A DNA stretch of 64,000 nucleotides from Minisyncoccota bacterium (GCA_041662205.1 JBAZSZ010000002.1:27957-91956), one strand, 5' to 3'. Counted from the stretch's first letter, positions 28,024 through 38,292 are shown. Notes: generated by a model from the sequence alone, not told the origin. Program-made: numbers and translations.

Positions 28024-30027
28024 ATGAAAAATATATACACAAAATTTTTAATATTAAGTATCTTCGTGTTTTTTGGTTTTTTTAATATGGTAACTCCAGC
28101 TTCCGCCATGACTTGCGGCAGCGCCACTTTGACTGGAGACGTTATTACAGGTACCCCGCCTGCTCGTGCCCGATTTACCTATGGTACAGATTTTAATACT
28201 GTAGCAAATGGTGGAGGAACACCGACGACAGTCCAGACTTTTTTCTCAGACGGACCTATTCAGCAATTTATTTCTGGTCTAGCTGAAAATACCACTTACT
28301 ACTTTAGATTAGAAGTAACAAATAATTTTGGAACAGCACTTTTGAATATTAATAATTTTACCACTCCAAGTTGTCAGGTTCCAGTTCCACAAAATCCTAC
28401 CGTCACCATTTCCGCTAATCCTTCTTCTATTCAGGCTGGGCAAAGTTCTGTCTTGAGTTGGAGTTCTCAGAATGCGACTTCTTGTTCTATTTCTCAACTT
28501 GGAAGTGTTAGTCTCTCAGGAAGCCGAAGTGTTTCTCCAGCAAATACCACTACCTATACTATTACTTGTACCGGTTCTACGGGCTTGAGTGCTTCCGCTT
28601 CCGCTACTGTTTTTGTAAATCAAGTGCAACAGCAAAACCCTACCGTTAATATTTCCGCTAATCCTTCCACTATTCAAGCTGGACAGAGTTCTGTTCTAAC
28701 CTGGAATTCTCAAAATGCTAATTTTTGTTCTATCTCCCAGCTTGGTGGTAGTGTCGCTCTCTCTGGAAGTCAAACCGTTTCTCCTTCCTTTACCACTACC
28801 TATACTATTACTTGTACCGGTTCTACGGGCTTGAGTGCTTCCGCTTCCGCTACTGTTTTTGTAAATCAAGTGCAACAGCAACAGCCAACGGTTAATCTCT
28901 TTGCTAGTCCCGTAAATATTCAAACTGGACAAAACTCCACACTTTCTTGGAGTTCTAGCAACACTTCTTCTTGTTCCGCTTTCTGGACAGGTAGCACCGC
29001 TACGAGTGGCTCCGGTATTGTCGTACCAAACGTTACCACTACTTACAGTATTACCTGTTTCGGTACTAATGGACAGCAAGTTTCCGCTTCCGCTACTGTT
29101 TTTGTAAATCAAATACAACCAATTAATAATCGACCTACCGTAGTAGTTTTCTCTGACCAAGTCAGTGTACCTTTTAATGGATCAGCTACTATTCGCTGGA
29201 TCACCACTAATGCAACCTCTTGTTTTGCAAGCAATGGGTCTACCGGCTGGGCAGGAGTGAAAAGTATTGGCCCCGGAAGTTTCTTCACTGGATCCTTAAC
29301 AAGTACTAAAACTTATACACTTACATGTAGTAATAGTGTAGGATCTGACACTGATTCAGAAACCATAACCGTTCGCGCACAAACAATCAACAATCCAAGA
29401 CCTACTCCAACCTCCCTCGTACTCATCACTTCTTCTATTGATCGAAATCAACCAATAGTTCCTACTATTGATAACACGAGACCACGCCCAGGAGATGAAA
29501 TTAATTACACTGTAAGTTACCAAAATATCGGCACAGGATCGATTACCAATCTCAGATTGCAAGTAAATCTTCCTTTTGAAGTAGATTATCTATCTTCAAA
29601 TCCAAGCAACCCAACTATTTCTGGCAACACTTTGGTTTTCAACTTAGGTACGCTTCGAGCAAATGGCCAAGGCACAGTAACCATCAGAACACGAGTAAGA
29701 GAAAACATTCCTGCTGGAACAAACTTAAACTTCCCTGCTACTTTAAGCTATGTTGATCCTTCTGGTAATCCCCAATCAGTAAATGCAAATGTTTCCGCAC
29801 AAGTATTTAGCGCACCAGAAAATCAAATTGTCGTACCTCTCGGAGCAAATGTTTTCGGAGCTGGATTTCTTCCAACAAATATATTCGGCTGGCTCTTACT
29901 TCTTGCTCTCATACTTCTACTAGCATTTCTAGCTAAACACCTTTTTGATCAATCTTTCCGTAAAAAAACTACGGTGATTACTGATCAACCATCAGGTAAG
30001 AAAGTTACGACTACTACCTTAGAATAA
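28024..30027 (+). CDS. Surface protein: signal peptide, FN3-like domain, four Ig-like repeats, DUF11-like domain, C-terminal TM
   Basis: GLAENTTYYFRL; four PTV...W...C...TTYTITC repeats; PGDEINYTVSYQNIG. Confidence 0.85.
   Translation: MKNIYTKFLILSIFVFFGFFNMVTPASAMTCGSATLTGDVITGTPPARARFTYGTDFNTVANGGGTPTTVQTFFSDGPIQQFISGLAENTTYYFRLEVTNNFGTALLNINNFTTPSCQVPVPQNPTVTISANPSSIQAGQSSVLSWSSQNATSCSISQLGSVSLSGSRSVSPANTTTYTITCTGSTGLSASASATVFVNQVQQQNPTVNISANPSTIQAGQSSVLTWNSQNANFCSISQLGGSVALSGSQTVSPSFTTTYTITCTGSTGLSASASATVFVNQVQQQQPTVNLFASPVNIQTGQNSTLSWSSSNTSSCSAFWTGSTATSGSGIVVPNVTTTYSITCFGTNGQQVSASATVFVNQIQPINNRPTVVVFSDQVSVPFNGSATIRWITTNATSCFASNGSTGWAGVKSIGPGSFFTGSLTSTKTYTLTCSNSVGSDTDSETITVRAQTINNPRPTPTSLVLITSSIDRNQPIVPTIDNTRPRPGDEINYTVSYQNIGTGSITNLRLQVNLPFEVDYLSSNPSNPTISGNTLVFNLGTLRANGQGTVTIRTRVRENIPAGTNLNFPATLSYVDPSGNPQSVNANVSAQVFSAPENQIVVPLGANVFGAGFLPTNIFGWLLLLALILLLAFLAKHLFDQSFRKKTTVITDQPSGKKVTTTTLE
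28545..28881 (+). repeat. Identical 91-bp direct repeat inside the surface protein gene
   Basis: 28545-28635 equals 28791-28881 (period 246 bp). Confidence 0.9.
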
Positions 30028-30090
30028 TAAGCAATAAATAAAACTAAGTAAATTATTTAATTTTTTAAAAAGATAATTTACTTAGTTTTT

Positions 30091-31356
30091 TTATTTTCTA
30101 ACAGAATAATTACCCATGGCTATCCATTTATAAGTGGTCATTTCTTTGGCTCCCATCGGACCACGAGCGTGGAGCTTGGAAGTAGCAATGCCAATCTCTG
30201 AACCAAGTCCGAATATGGCGCCATCAGAAAATCTAGTAGAAGCATTGACATACACTACCGCCGCATCCACTTCATCTAAAAATTTTTGGCAATTCTGCTT
30301 ACTCTCAGATAGAATTGCTTCCGAGTGTTTAGAGGAATATTTATTAATATGCTGGATAGCTTCGTCAACATTAGAAACAATTTTTACTGACATTTTTTGA
30401 CTTAAGAATTCCCTTCCAAAGTCTCCTATTGTCGCCTTTTTCAAAAGACTAGCCGGATAACTTTTTCTTAATATTTTAAAACTTGATAAATCAGCAAAAA
30501 TTTCTACATTCTTTTGGATTAAAAATCCAGCAAGTATTGGCAGAAATTTTTGCGCTACTTTCTGATGTACTAATAATGTATCCAAGGCATTACAAACGCT
30601 GGGACGTTGTGTTTTAGCATTAAAAACAATCTTGGCAGAAGCATCGAGCTTGGCAGATTTGTCCACAAAAGTATGACAAACTCCAGCCCCTGTTTCAATT
30701 ACCGGCACCGTAGCATTATTTCTCACAAAATTTATTAAATTAGAACTTCCACGCGGAATAATAACATCCACTAAACCTTCAGCTGAAACAATATCCAAAA
30801 CAACATCTTTTATTTTTGGATCTATAAATTGAACTACTTCAGGACTAGCCCCAGATAATACTAAAGCATTTTTTATAATTTTATGCAGAATTACACAGCT
30901 TTCTCTTGCCTCTTTCCCCCCTTTCAGAATCACCGCATTGCCAGACTTGATACAGATAGCAGCCACATCCGTGGTTACATTGGGCCTTGATTCGTAAATA
31001 ACACCGATCACTCCTATCGGCACTCTTTTTTTGCAGATCTTAAGTTCTTTATTCTCTATGTTATCGCGACAATCAAAAATTTCACCAATTGGATCTTTCA
31101 TCTTTATCAAACTTTCAATTTCTTTTGCCATACTTTCAATGCGTACATCATTCAATAAAAGACGGTCCCGCATCGGATCATTTAAAGTAATTTTTTTTAA
31201 ATCTTTCAAATTTGCTTTAATAATTAATTTTTTATTTTTACGTAATTCTTTGGCTAAATTTTTCAAAATTAAAGTTCTCTGAGCGTAGGATAAAAGACTG
31301 AATTTTTTAGAAGCTTTTTTGGCTTTATTCAATTGTTGTAATATTTTTTTATTCAT
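30091..31356 (-). CDS. proA: Gamma-glutamyl phosphate reductase
   Basis: IYESRPNVT, RPSVCNALDTLL, VNASTRFSDG, KLHARGPMG. Confidence 0.97.
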   Translation of the reverse strand: MNKKILQQLNKAKKASKKFSLLSYAQRTLILKNLAKELRKNKKLIIKANLKDLKKITLNDPMRDRLLLNDVRIESMAKEIESLIKMKDPIGEIFDCRDNIENKELKICKKRVPIGVIGVIYESRPNVTTDVAAICIKSGNAVILKGGKEARESCVILHKIIKNALVLSGASPEVVQFIDPKIKDVVLDIVSAEGLVDVIIPRGSSNLINFVRNNATVPVIETGAGVCHTFVDKSAKLDASAKIVFNAKTQRPSVCNALDTLLVHQKVAQKFLPILAGFLIQKNVEIFADLSSFKILRKSYPASLLKKATIGDFGREFLSQKMSVKIVSNVDEAIQHINKYSSKHSEAILSESKQNCQKFLDEVDAAVVYVNASTRFSDGAIFGLGSEIGIATSKLHARGPMGAKEMTTYKWIAMGNYSVRK

Positions 31357-32117
31357 TATTTGTTTTGACCTAATTCCTGTGCTCTTTTGTATGCAGAGAG
31401 AACAGCTTTTGACACAATTCCGCTGAAATTTTCTTTCTGAAAAATATTCAGAGCGGCTTCTGTAGTGCCACCTTTTGAAGCAACTTTTTTTATAAGAGAA
31501 GAATAATCGCTCTCTTTACTCAAAATAGCAGCAGCTGAAAAAGTTTTTTCTACGAGTTGCTGGCTTTCATTTTTATTCAATCCAAGATTATCGCAAGCTT
31601 TTATTAAACAATCTGCTAAAAGAAAAAAATATGCTGGCCCACTACCAGAGATGGCTGTTACTTTATTTATAGTATCTTCATTTTTAACTTCAAAATTTTC
31701 TGTAATTTTATTTATGAAATTTTTAACTTTCTTTTTCTCCAAAAGAGATATACCTACCCCTCTCCAAGCCGCAATGCCATAACCCACTGAAAGTCCTAAA
31801 TTTGGCATCATTCTTATGATCTTTTTGTGACCAGAGAGATGTATGAGTTCTTTGATTGATACACCAGCCATAATTGAAATTAATATTGTTTTTTTGTTTA
31901 AATAATTTTTAATTTCCACAAAAGCTTCTTTTGCTTCTTGTGGTTTTACCGCAAAAATAATAAAATCAGATTTTTTTACTTTCTCAATAAAATTCTTTAA
32001 ATTTGGCTTATCTTTATCAATGCTAAAAACAGCAATTTTAGGATCTTTTTTAGAAATCGCTTTAGCAATAGCTTTGCCCATCGTACCAAAACCAATAATT
32101 GTTACTTTTGTACTCAT
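31356..32117 (-). CDS. proC: Pyrroline-5-carboxylate reductase
   Basis: IGFGTMG, AVKPQ, RMMPN, TAISGSGPAY, SKGGTT. Confidence 0.96.
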   Translation of the reverse strand: MSTKVTIIGFGTMGKAIAKAISKKDPKIAVFSIDKDKPNLKNFIEKVKKSDFIIFAVKPQEAKEAFVEIKNYLNKKTILISIMAGVSIKELIHLSGHKKIIRMMPNLGLSVGYGIAAWRGVGISLLEKKKVKNFINKITENFEVKNEDTINKVTAISGSGPAYFFLLADCLIKACDNLGLNKNESQQLVEKTFSAAAILSKESDYSSLIKKVASKGGTTEAALNIFQKENFSGIVSKAVLSAYKRAQELGQNK

Positions 32118-32122
32118 AAAAT

Positions 32123-32881
32123 TTATTTCCTCTTTTGAGCTAAAAATCTTGTGCCTGAAAAATTTTCACTGATAGCTTTTATTATCGTTCCTCTTTTTTC
32201 CCCATTACCAACGAGTGTTTCTATTCCTTTCTTGGTAGCATAATCAACAGAGGTAATTTTGGCGCACATTCCCCCTACCCCGAGATCAGACTTTCCGACT
32301 GAACATACTGCTTTTATCTTAGCATCGATTTTACACACATTTTTTATTAATTCTGCATCCTTATTGTGATCAGGATTGTCTGTAAAAAGTCCATTTTGAT
32401 TTGTTAAAATCAAAAGCTTGTCCGCTTTTAATCCTACCGCCACCATGGCGCTCAACATATCGTTGTCATTTACTCTCAGATCTTCTCTCTTCATAACATC
32501 ATTCTCGTTTATAATTGGCAAAACTTTATGTGAGAGCATCGCTTCTATATTCAAAACAAAATTATTAAAATGCTCTTTGTTTGTAAAGTCATCACTCAAT
32601 ATAAGAATTTGACCGACAATAATTTTATATTTTTTAGCTTCATTAATATAATTATGCATTAACATCGGCTGACCGACAGATGCAGCTACTTTCTTCTGAA
32701 GTGGACTTGAAAAATTAACCAGTGGTAACCCTGTACCGATGGCACCAGAGGTCACTAAGATAATTTCATGTCCAAGTTTTAAAAGCTCAGCAATTTCTTT
32801 AATAATTTGCCTAATTCGCTCCTTTTTTAGTCCTTTTTTATCAGAAATTACTTGAGTACCGATCTTTATTACTATACGCAT
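32123..32881 (-). CDS. proB: Glutamate 5-kinase (short form, no PUA domain)
   Basis: IVIKIGT, VTSGAI, PIINEND, DNDMLS, GVGGM. Confidence 0.95.
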   Translation of the reverse strand: MRIVIKIGTQVISDKKGLKKERIRQIIKEIAELLKLGHEIILVTSGAIGTGLPLVNFSSPLQKKVAASVGQPMLMHNYINEAKKYKIIVGQILILSDDFTNKEHFNNFVLNIEAMLSHKVLPIINENDVMKREDLRVNDNDMLSAMVAVGLKADKLLILTNQNGLFTDNPDHNKDAELIKNVCKIDAKIKAVCSVGKSDLGVGGMCAKITSVDYATKKGIETLVGNGEKRGTIIKAISENFSGTRFLAQKRK

Positions 32882-32947
32882 ACAATTACTTTATATTAAT
32901 AAGGTATTATCTGCAAATGCATAATAGTGATATACTAAGAAAAATAT

Positions 32948-33628
32948 ATGCCTAACGAAACAACTGAAAAATACCCAATGAGAATAAATAAGTATCTTGC
33001 TTTAAAAAAAATCTCCACAAGACGTGGCGCTGATCTTCTGATAAAAAACAAAAAAGTATTTATTAATAAAAAATTAGCTGTTCTCGGTAGTCAGGTAAAT
33101 GAAAACGATTTAGTAGAAGTAAAAGGCGCAAAGCCCACAGAATACAAATATTTTGCTTACAACAAACCAAAAGGAATTGAAACAGATTCTCCTAAAGAAG
33201 GGCTTTTCCCTTTGGGAAGATTAGATAAAGCTTCTCATGGACTTTTAATCCTTACTAATGATGGACGCATCACTGATCAACTGCTAAATCCAAAATACTT
33301 TCATGAAAAAGAATATGTCGTCCGCACGAAAGAAAAACTCCGCTCAAATTTCAAACAAAAAATGGAAGCGGGGGTAGATATAGAAGGCTACATGACAAAA
33401 CCATGCAAAGTAAAAATAATGAGTGAAAATACTTTTAAAGTAATTTTAACTGAAGGCAAAAAACACCAAATCCGCCGAATGTGCGCCAACCTTTTCCAAG
33501 AAGTCGCTGACTTGAAACGCGAAAGAATCTTGAATATCAAACTAAATAACTTAAAACCAAACGCTCTGAGAGAAATAAAAGGAGAAGAATTAACTATTTT
33601 TCTAAATCAAGTACTTCATCAATCCTAA
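32948..33628 (+). CDS. RsuA/RluB/RluF-family pseudouridine synthase
   Basis: S4 domain, GRLDKASHGLLILTNDG, EGKKHQIRRM. Confidence 0.93.
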   Translation: MPNETTEKYPMRINKYLALKKISTRRGADLLIKNKKVFINKKLAVLGSQVNENDLVEVKGAKPTEYKYFAYNKPKGIETDSPKEGLFPLGRLDKASHGLLILTNDGRITDQLLNPKYFHEKEYVVRTKEKLRSNFKQKMEAGVDIEGYMTKPCKVKIMSENTFKVILTEGKKHQIRRMCANLFQEVADLKRERILNIKLNNLKPNALREIKGEELTIFLNQVLHQS

Positions 33629-35114
33629 TTTGTTTTACAAATTCAGGCACGTGAGAAACTAAAATCATCGCTCCTTTGTATTCATCTAATGCTTTAGCGA
33701 TTATTGGCAAATGACGGAAATTTATGTGATTTGTCGGCTCGTCTAAGATTAAAAGTCCAGGTTTTTGGAGTACCAGCCTTGCAAAAGCTACTAGCCCTTT
33801 CTGTCCCTCTGAAAGACTCCCTATTTTTGTACGAATAAATTCTCCAGTAATTAAAAACCCTGCGGCTATAGAACGCATCCTCTCTTCATCTAATCTTTCT
33901 CCTCCTTCGCGCATAGCGTCTGCTAAAGATTGATAAACTGTATCTTCAAAATTAAGAGTAGAAAAATCTTGTCGATAATACCCTATCCGAATTCCTTCTC
34001 TTACTTTTTCGCCATCAGCATGACCACTCGCGAGTCTCTCCAAGAGAGTTGTTTTACCAATACCGTTCGGACCCTGTAACAATAAATGATGATTTTTATT
34101 CAAAGAAATTTTGGCTTTATGTTTTACAATTTTTCCATTTTTCATCGTAGTAAAAGAAGAAATATTTAAAATTTCTCCAATCAAATCTGGTTGAGAAGGA
34201 ATAATAAAAGGTCTGATAGCTTTGTCTTCTTTTCGCACGTCCACCATCTCCTCTTCCAATTCTTCCGCTTTTTCGCGCATCCGTTTGGCCACCAAACGCA
34301 ACCTTCCACCTTTGTAAGCAAAAACATTGGCTTGATCTTTTTTTGCTTGAATTTCCTTTTGCAATTGGGCATTTTTCATATTTTCTTTTTCTACCCGAGC
34401 AGTGATGTCTTTAACCACATTAAAATAATTACCGACATATTGTTCAATCTTTTTTGTATAAACATCTAAATAAAGCACCCCTTGCGTAAAAGCATTTAAA
34501 AATTCTGCATCATGAGAAATAACTAAAACTGTTTTTTTATAATCAATTAAGAATTTTGTTAGATGCGCTATCCCAGCTTTGTCCAAATTATTCGTTGGTT
34601 CGTCTAGGAGAAGTAAGTCTGGATCTTGGATAAGGGCTGAAGCTAAAAGCAAGCGAGCTTGTTGCCCGCCAGAAAATGTTTTTATAATCCTATCATGAAT
34701 CTTTGTATGTCCTTTCAAATTTACAACTTCTAAAACTTCATCGATCCTTGGATCAATATTATAAATCTTAGCTAATGTTTTATTTTGAAAACACTTCTCA
34801 AAAAATTCTCTTACTGTTAAACTTAATTCTTCTCTAGGAATAACTTGCCTAGATGAGGCAATAGTAATTCCATTCACAACATTTATAATTCCTGATTCTG
34901 GAATATTTTTCCCTAAAATAAGGCCAAAGATGGTGCTCTTGCCTGCACCATTTTGTCCCATAAGAGCAAATTTTGACCCACGCCTCAAAGTAAAAGACAC
35001 CTGCTCTAAAATAGGCTTATTCACCCCCCACTCAAATGAAACTTTATCAAATCTAACTATTGTTTCTTGAGTCTTTTGAGTTTTTTGATTATCTTTCATT
35101 TCTTTAGACATCAT
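33594..35114 (-). CDS. ABC-F family ATPase
   Basis: Two ABC domains (GQNGAGKST, GPNGIGKTT; LDEPTN twice), no TM helices. Confidence 0.92.
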   Translation of the reverse strand: MMSKEMKDNQKTQKTQETIVRFDKVSFEWGVNKPILEQVSFTLRRGSKFALMGQNGAGKSTIFGLILGKNIPESGIINVVNGITIASSRQVIPREELSLTVREFFEKCFQNKTLAKIYNIDPRIDEVLEVVNLKGHTKIHDRIIKTFSGGQQARLLLASALIQDPDLLLLDEPTNNLDKAGIAHLTKFLIDYKKTVLVISHDAEFLNAFTQGVLYLDVYTKKIEQYVGNYFNVVKDITARVEKENMKNAQLQKEIQAKKDQANVFAYKGGRLRLVAKRMREKAEELEEEMVDVRKEDKAIRPFIIPSQPDLIGEILNISSFTTMKNGKIVKHKAKISLNKNHHLLLQGPNGIGKTTLLERLASGHADGEKVREGIRIGYYRQDFSTLNFEDTVYQSLADAMREGGERLDEERMRSIAAGFLITGEFIRTKIGSLSEGQKGLVAFARLVLQKPGLLILDEPTNHINFRHLPIIAKALDEYKGAMILVSHVPEFVKQIRIDEVLDLEK

Positions 35115-35282
35115 CGTACATTAGCCTATTTTAAACAAAATAGCGAGTGAAAATACTACTTGCTTGACAAATTGGGTTGTTTTGTGACATACTTAAGAAA
35201 CAAAGTAGGTGCAAGGAGAGTTTTAAAGAGTCGATTTCTTAAGTATATCTATTTGTATTTAATAATTTTAACCAAAAAATCA

Positions 35283-35483
35283 ATGACCGGTACAATAAAA
35301 AAGATGGTAAGTGAAAAAGGTTTTGGCTTTATAACAGCTGAAGGACTACAGAAGGATTTATTCTTCCACAGTAATTCTCTTGTTGGCGTAACCTTTGATG
35401 AACTCAAAGAAGGTGATACTGTTTCTTTTGAAACAGAAGAATCTCCAAAAGGATTGAATGCTACAAACGTACAACGCGTGTAA
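35283..35483 (+). CDS. Cold-shock domain protein
   Basis: KGFGFI and LFFH RNP motifs; start placed at MTGTIK. Confidence 0.95.
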   Translation: MTGTIKKMVSEKGFGFITAEGLQKDLFFHSNSLVGVTFDELKEGDTVSFETEESPKGLNATNVQRV

Positions 35484-35495
35484 TATTCTCTAAAT

Positions 35496-35523
35496 AAAAA
35501 AAGCCCCAAACGGGGCTTTTTTT
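35496..35523. terminator. Bidirectional terminator
   Basis: A-run, gcccc-aaac-ggggc, T-run. Confidence 0.85.
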
Positions 35524-35535
35524 ATTTATATATTT

Positions 35536-35814
35536 TTATTGAGTAAATTCTTCTCCCTTCGCCCACTTTTTTAATATATCATAATCAGTATCTCCGCAAA
35601 TAAATTTCTTCGTTTTTGTATTATAGAAAAAAGGAACTCCTCCGCACAATTCTCCGTTATCAATCTCGAGTAAACGCTTTTCATTTTCTTTATTGTGCCA
35701 AACTTCCAAACCTTCAATCTTTATCCCCTCCTCTTTTTCTAGACGTTCCACTAGCTCGTGCATATTTACGCAATGAGGGCATTCTGTTCCATAAAATTCA
35801 AGTAAATGATTCAT
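35536..35814 (-). CDS. Thioredoxin/glutaredoxin-like protein
   Basis: FYGTECPHC, GVPFF. Confidence 0.85.
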   Translation of the reverse strand: MNHLLEFYGTECPHCVNMHELVERLEKEEGIKIEGLEVWHNKENEKRLLEIDNGELCGGVPFFYNTKTKKFICGDTDYDILKKWAKGEEFTQ

Positions 35815-35823
35815 AAAATTTAA

Positions 35824-35937
35824 AAGAAATTAGAATTTGTTGTTTAGAAAGCCTTGCGACCAGCTACCGAGCCGAGCAGTTCGCTGGCGTAATAACGCCA
35901 GATAGATTGCTTTATAAATAACAAATTCGAATTTCTT
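35824..35937. repeat. Structured intergenic element, copy A
   Basis: Core shared with 37670-37784; long locus-specific inverted arms. Confidence 0.88.
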
Positions 35938-36199
35938 ACTTAACTAATTTTGATAAGCGAGATTTCTTACGAGCGGCGTTATTTTTCTTTATTACTCCTT
36001 TTTGCGCTGATTTATCGATAGCCTGAAAAGCGCTTGGGAGCATCTTTTTAGCTTCAGCTTTACCTGTTTCTTTATTTGTTTTAACAACTTTCTCGATTTT
36101 CTTGATTATTTCCTTCATCACCTTCTTGCGTTGGTCATTAAAAGCCTTCTTTCGAAGAGAACCACGAATTGCTTTTTTAGCTGATTGTGTTATTGGCAT
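35936..36199 (-). CDS. rpsT: 30S ribosomal protein bS20
   Basis: MPITQSAKK, IDKSAQKGVIKKNNAARKKSRL. Confidence 0.96.
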   Translation of the reverse strand: MPITQSAKKAIRGSLRKKAFNDQRKKVMKEIIKKIEKVVKTNKETGKAEAKKMLPSAFQAIDKSAQKGVIKKNNAARKKSRLSKLVK

Positions 36200-36252
36200 A
36201 TATGTAATATATCAAAAAACCCAAAAAAATGCAATTATGTTATGATTATTCT

Positions 36253-36819
36253 ATGATTGGAAGCATTAAGGGAAAAATTATATTAAAAACAGAAAAATTT
36301 TTAATTGTAGAAACTGGCGGAGTCGGCTATAAAATAAGTGTCTCGCCAGATATACTATCTAAGACAAAAAAAATAAATGAGGAAATATCCCTTTGGACAC
36401 ATACTCAAGTTCGCGAAGATGCTTTAGATTTGTATGGATTTTTGGAACGCCCAGAATTAGAATTTTTTGAATTGCTTTTGAATGTATCTGGTATAGGACC
36501 AAGATCAGCTTTAGCAATTTTAGGAATTGCTTCCATCGAAACGTTAAGAAAAGCAATAGGAACTGGAGACACCAGCTATCTCACAAAAATATCTGGAATC
36601 GGTAAAAAAACTGCAGAAAGAATTGTAATTGAATTACGTGATAAAATGGGAACAGAGTTAGAAGGAAGTTCCCTCCGTGAAGAATTAGATGCCTTAGAAG
36701 CACTGAAATCTCTCGGTTATTCTCAAAATGAGGCACGCGAAGCATTGAAAAAAGTTTCTCCTAATGTAAATACCAATACAAAAATACGTGAAGCGTTAAA
36801 AATTTTAGGTGGAAAATAA
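36253..36819 (+). CDS. ruvA: Holliday junction DNA-binding protein RuvA
   Basis: GGVGY, VRED..DLYGF, VSGIGPR, ALKSLGY; start placed at MIGSI. Confidence 0.96.
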   Translation: MIGSIKGKIILKTEKFLIVETGGVGYKISVSPDILSKTKKINEEISLWTHTQVREDALDLYGFLERPELEFFELLLNVSGIGPRSALAILGIASIETLRKAIGTGDTSYLTKISGIGKKTAERIVIELRDKMGTELEGSSLREELDALEALKSLGYSQNEAREALKKVSPNVNTNTKIREALKILGGK

Positions 36820-36820
36820 A

Positions 36821-37672
36821 ATGCCTGAATTACCAGAAGTAGAAACGACAGTGCGAGGTCTTAAAAAGACTATAGTGAATCTTGTAATAAAAAACGTCTG
36901 TACTGACTTAGTAACAAAAGATAAGCGTAAACATGATAGTGTAGCCAACCCTAAATTTTTCAAAATTTTTAAAAAAGAAATTCTAAACAAAAGAATTCTA
37001 TCAATAGAAAGACGTGCTAAAAATATCCTAATAAACTTATCAGGAAATAAAACCATTTTGATTCACCTGAAGATGACTGGATATTTGTTTTATGGCAAAG
37101 ATCCAAAAATAAAATTTGCCCATGTTGTTTTTACACTCTCAAATAAACATTATTTAGTTTTTTCGGATATACGTAAATTTGGGAAAATCACTTTATTTGA
37201 TACTAAAATTGCGCATGATAGTAGACACTTAAACAATATCGGGCCAGAACCTCTTGATAAAAATTTTACTTTAAAAAAATTAGAAGAATGCTTAAATAAA
37301 AAACTAAACGGAAAGATTAAAACAGTTTTAATGGATCAAAGTGTTATTGCTGGTATTGGTAATATTTATTCGGATGAAATACTTTGGCGCGCTGGCGTGC
37401 ATCCAGAAAGAAAAGTTTCCAGTTTAAAAGAAAAAGAATTTAAATTAATTTTCAAAGCCATTAAAGAAACTCTAAAAAAAGGCATAGATTTCGGTGGAGA
37501 TTCAATGTCAGACTATAAAAATATTTACGGCTTGCCCGGTAAATTCCAACTACATCATGAAGCGTACAGACGCACTGGAGAAAAATGTCGAAAGAAAAAT
37601 TGTAAAGGAATAATAATAAGAAAAATAATAAACAGCCGCAGCGCGCACTTTTGCTATGTGCATCAGAAATAA
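36821..37672 (+). CDS. mutM: Formamidopyrimidine-DNA glycosylase
   Basis: MPELPEVET, HLKMTG, GIGNIYSDE, C-terminal zinc finger. Confidence 0.96.
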   Translation: MPELPEVETTVRGLKKTIVNLVIKNVCTDLVTKDKRKHDSVANPKFFKIFKKEILNKRILSIERRAKNILINLSGNKTILIHLKMTGYLFYGKDPKIKFAHVVFTLSNKHYLVFSDIRKFGKITLFDTKIAHDSRHLNNIGPEPLDKNFTLKKLEECLNKKLNGKIKTVLMDQSVIAGIGNIYSDEILWRAGVHPERKVSSLKEKEFKLIFKAIKETLKKGIDFGGDSMSDYKNIYGLPGKFQLHHEAYRRTGEKCRKKNCKGIIIRKIINSRSAHFCYVHQK

Positions 37673-37784
37673 AATAAGAAAATATAAAATTTAGAAAGCC
37701 TTGCGCAGCCGGGTAGGCGAGCAGTTCGCTGGCGAAGCTTCGCCAGATAGATTGCTTTATAAATTTTTATATTTTCTTATTTTA
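37670..37784. repeat. Structured intergenic element, copy B
   Basis: Core shared with 35824-35937; 24-bp locus-specific arms starting at the mutM stop codon. Confidence 0.88.
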
Positions 37785-37794
37785 AATACTAAAA

Positions 37795-38274
37795 TTATAA
37801 AATCCCAAAAAGCGTTATCCCTAAAGCTACAGAAACATTTAGGGATTCTTTTTTGCCCCGCATGGGAATTTCAGCGATTATGTCGCATTTTTTAAGATTA
37901 ACTTTAGAAATTCCGGCTACCTCTTCCCCTACTAAAAATGCATTTTTATCTTTTATTTTTACTTTTTTATAATCAATAGAGTTTTTATTTTGCTCTATTC
38001 CAATAATCAAATATTTTTCTTTCTTTAATTTGGCTAAAAGTGGTGAAATATTTTTTTTCTGCTCCCAAGACACAAATTCTTCTGCCCCTAATGCTGATTT
38101 TGCTAAGTCTCCCCTTTTCCTCCCGAATCTATCCAGAGGCGTCGGTGTGTAACCCGTCAAATAGATCTTATCTATACCCGCCGCGTCAGCTGTCCGAAAC
38201 ATCGCTCCAACGTTCTCCACGCTTCGGATATTATGTAAGATTACTATATTCTCTTTTTGATTTTCTTTTTTCAT
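37795..38274 (-). CDS. SpoU/TrmH-family RNA methyltransferase
   Basis: NVGAMFRT, GEEVAGI, IPMRGKKESLNVS. Confidence 0.92.
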   Translation of the reverse strand: MKKENQKENIVILHNIRSVENVGAMFRTADAAGIDKIYLTGYTPTPLDRFGRKRGDLAKSALGAEEFVSWEQKKNISPLLAKLKKEKYLIIGIEQNKNSIDYKKVKIKDKNAFLVGEEVAGISKVNLKKCDIIAEIPMRGKKESLNVSVALGITLFGIL

Positions 38275-38292
38275 TATTTTCTACATTTATTT

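Noticed and set aside
35824-37784. Intergenic element pair as hammerhead ribozymes
   Set aside because: No CUGANGA core on either strand; only a partial CGAA resemblance.
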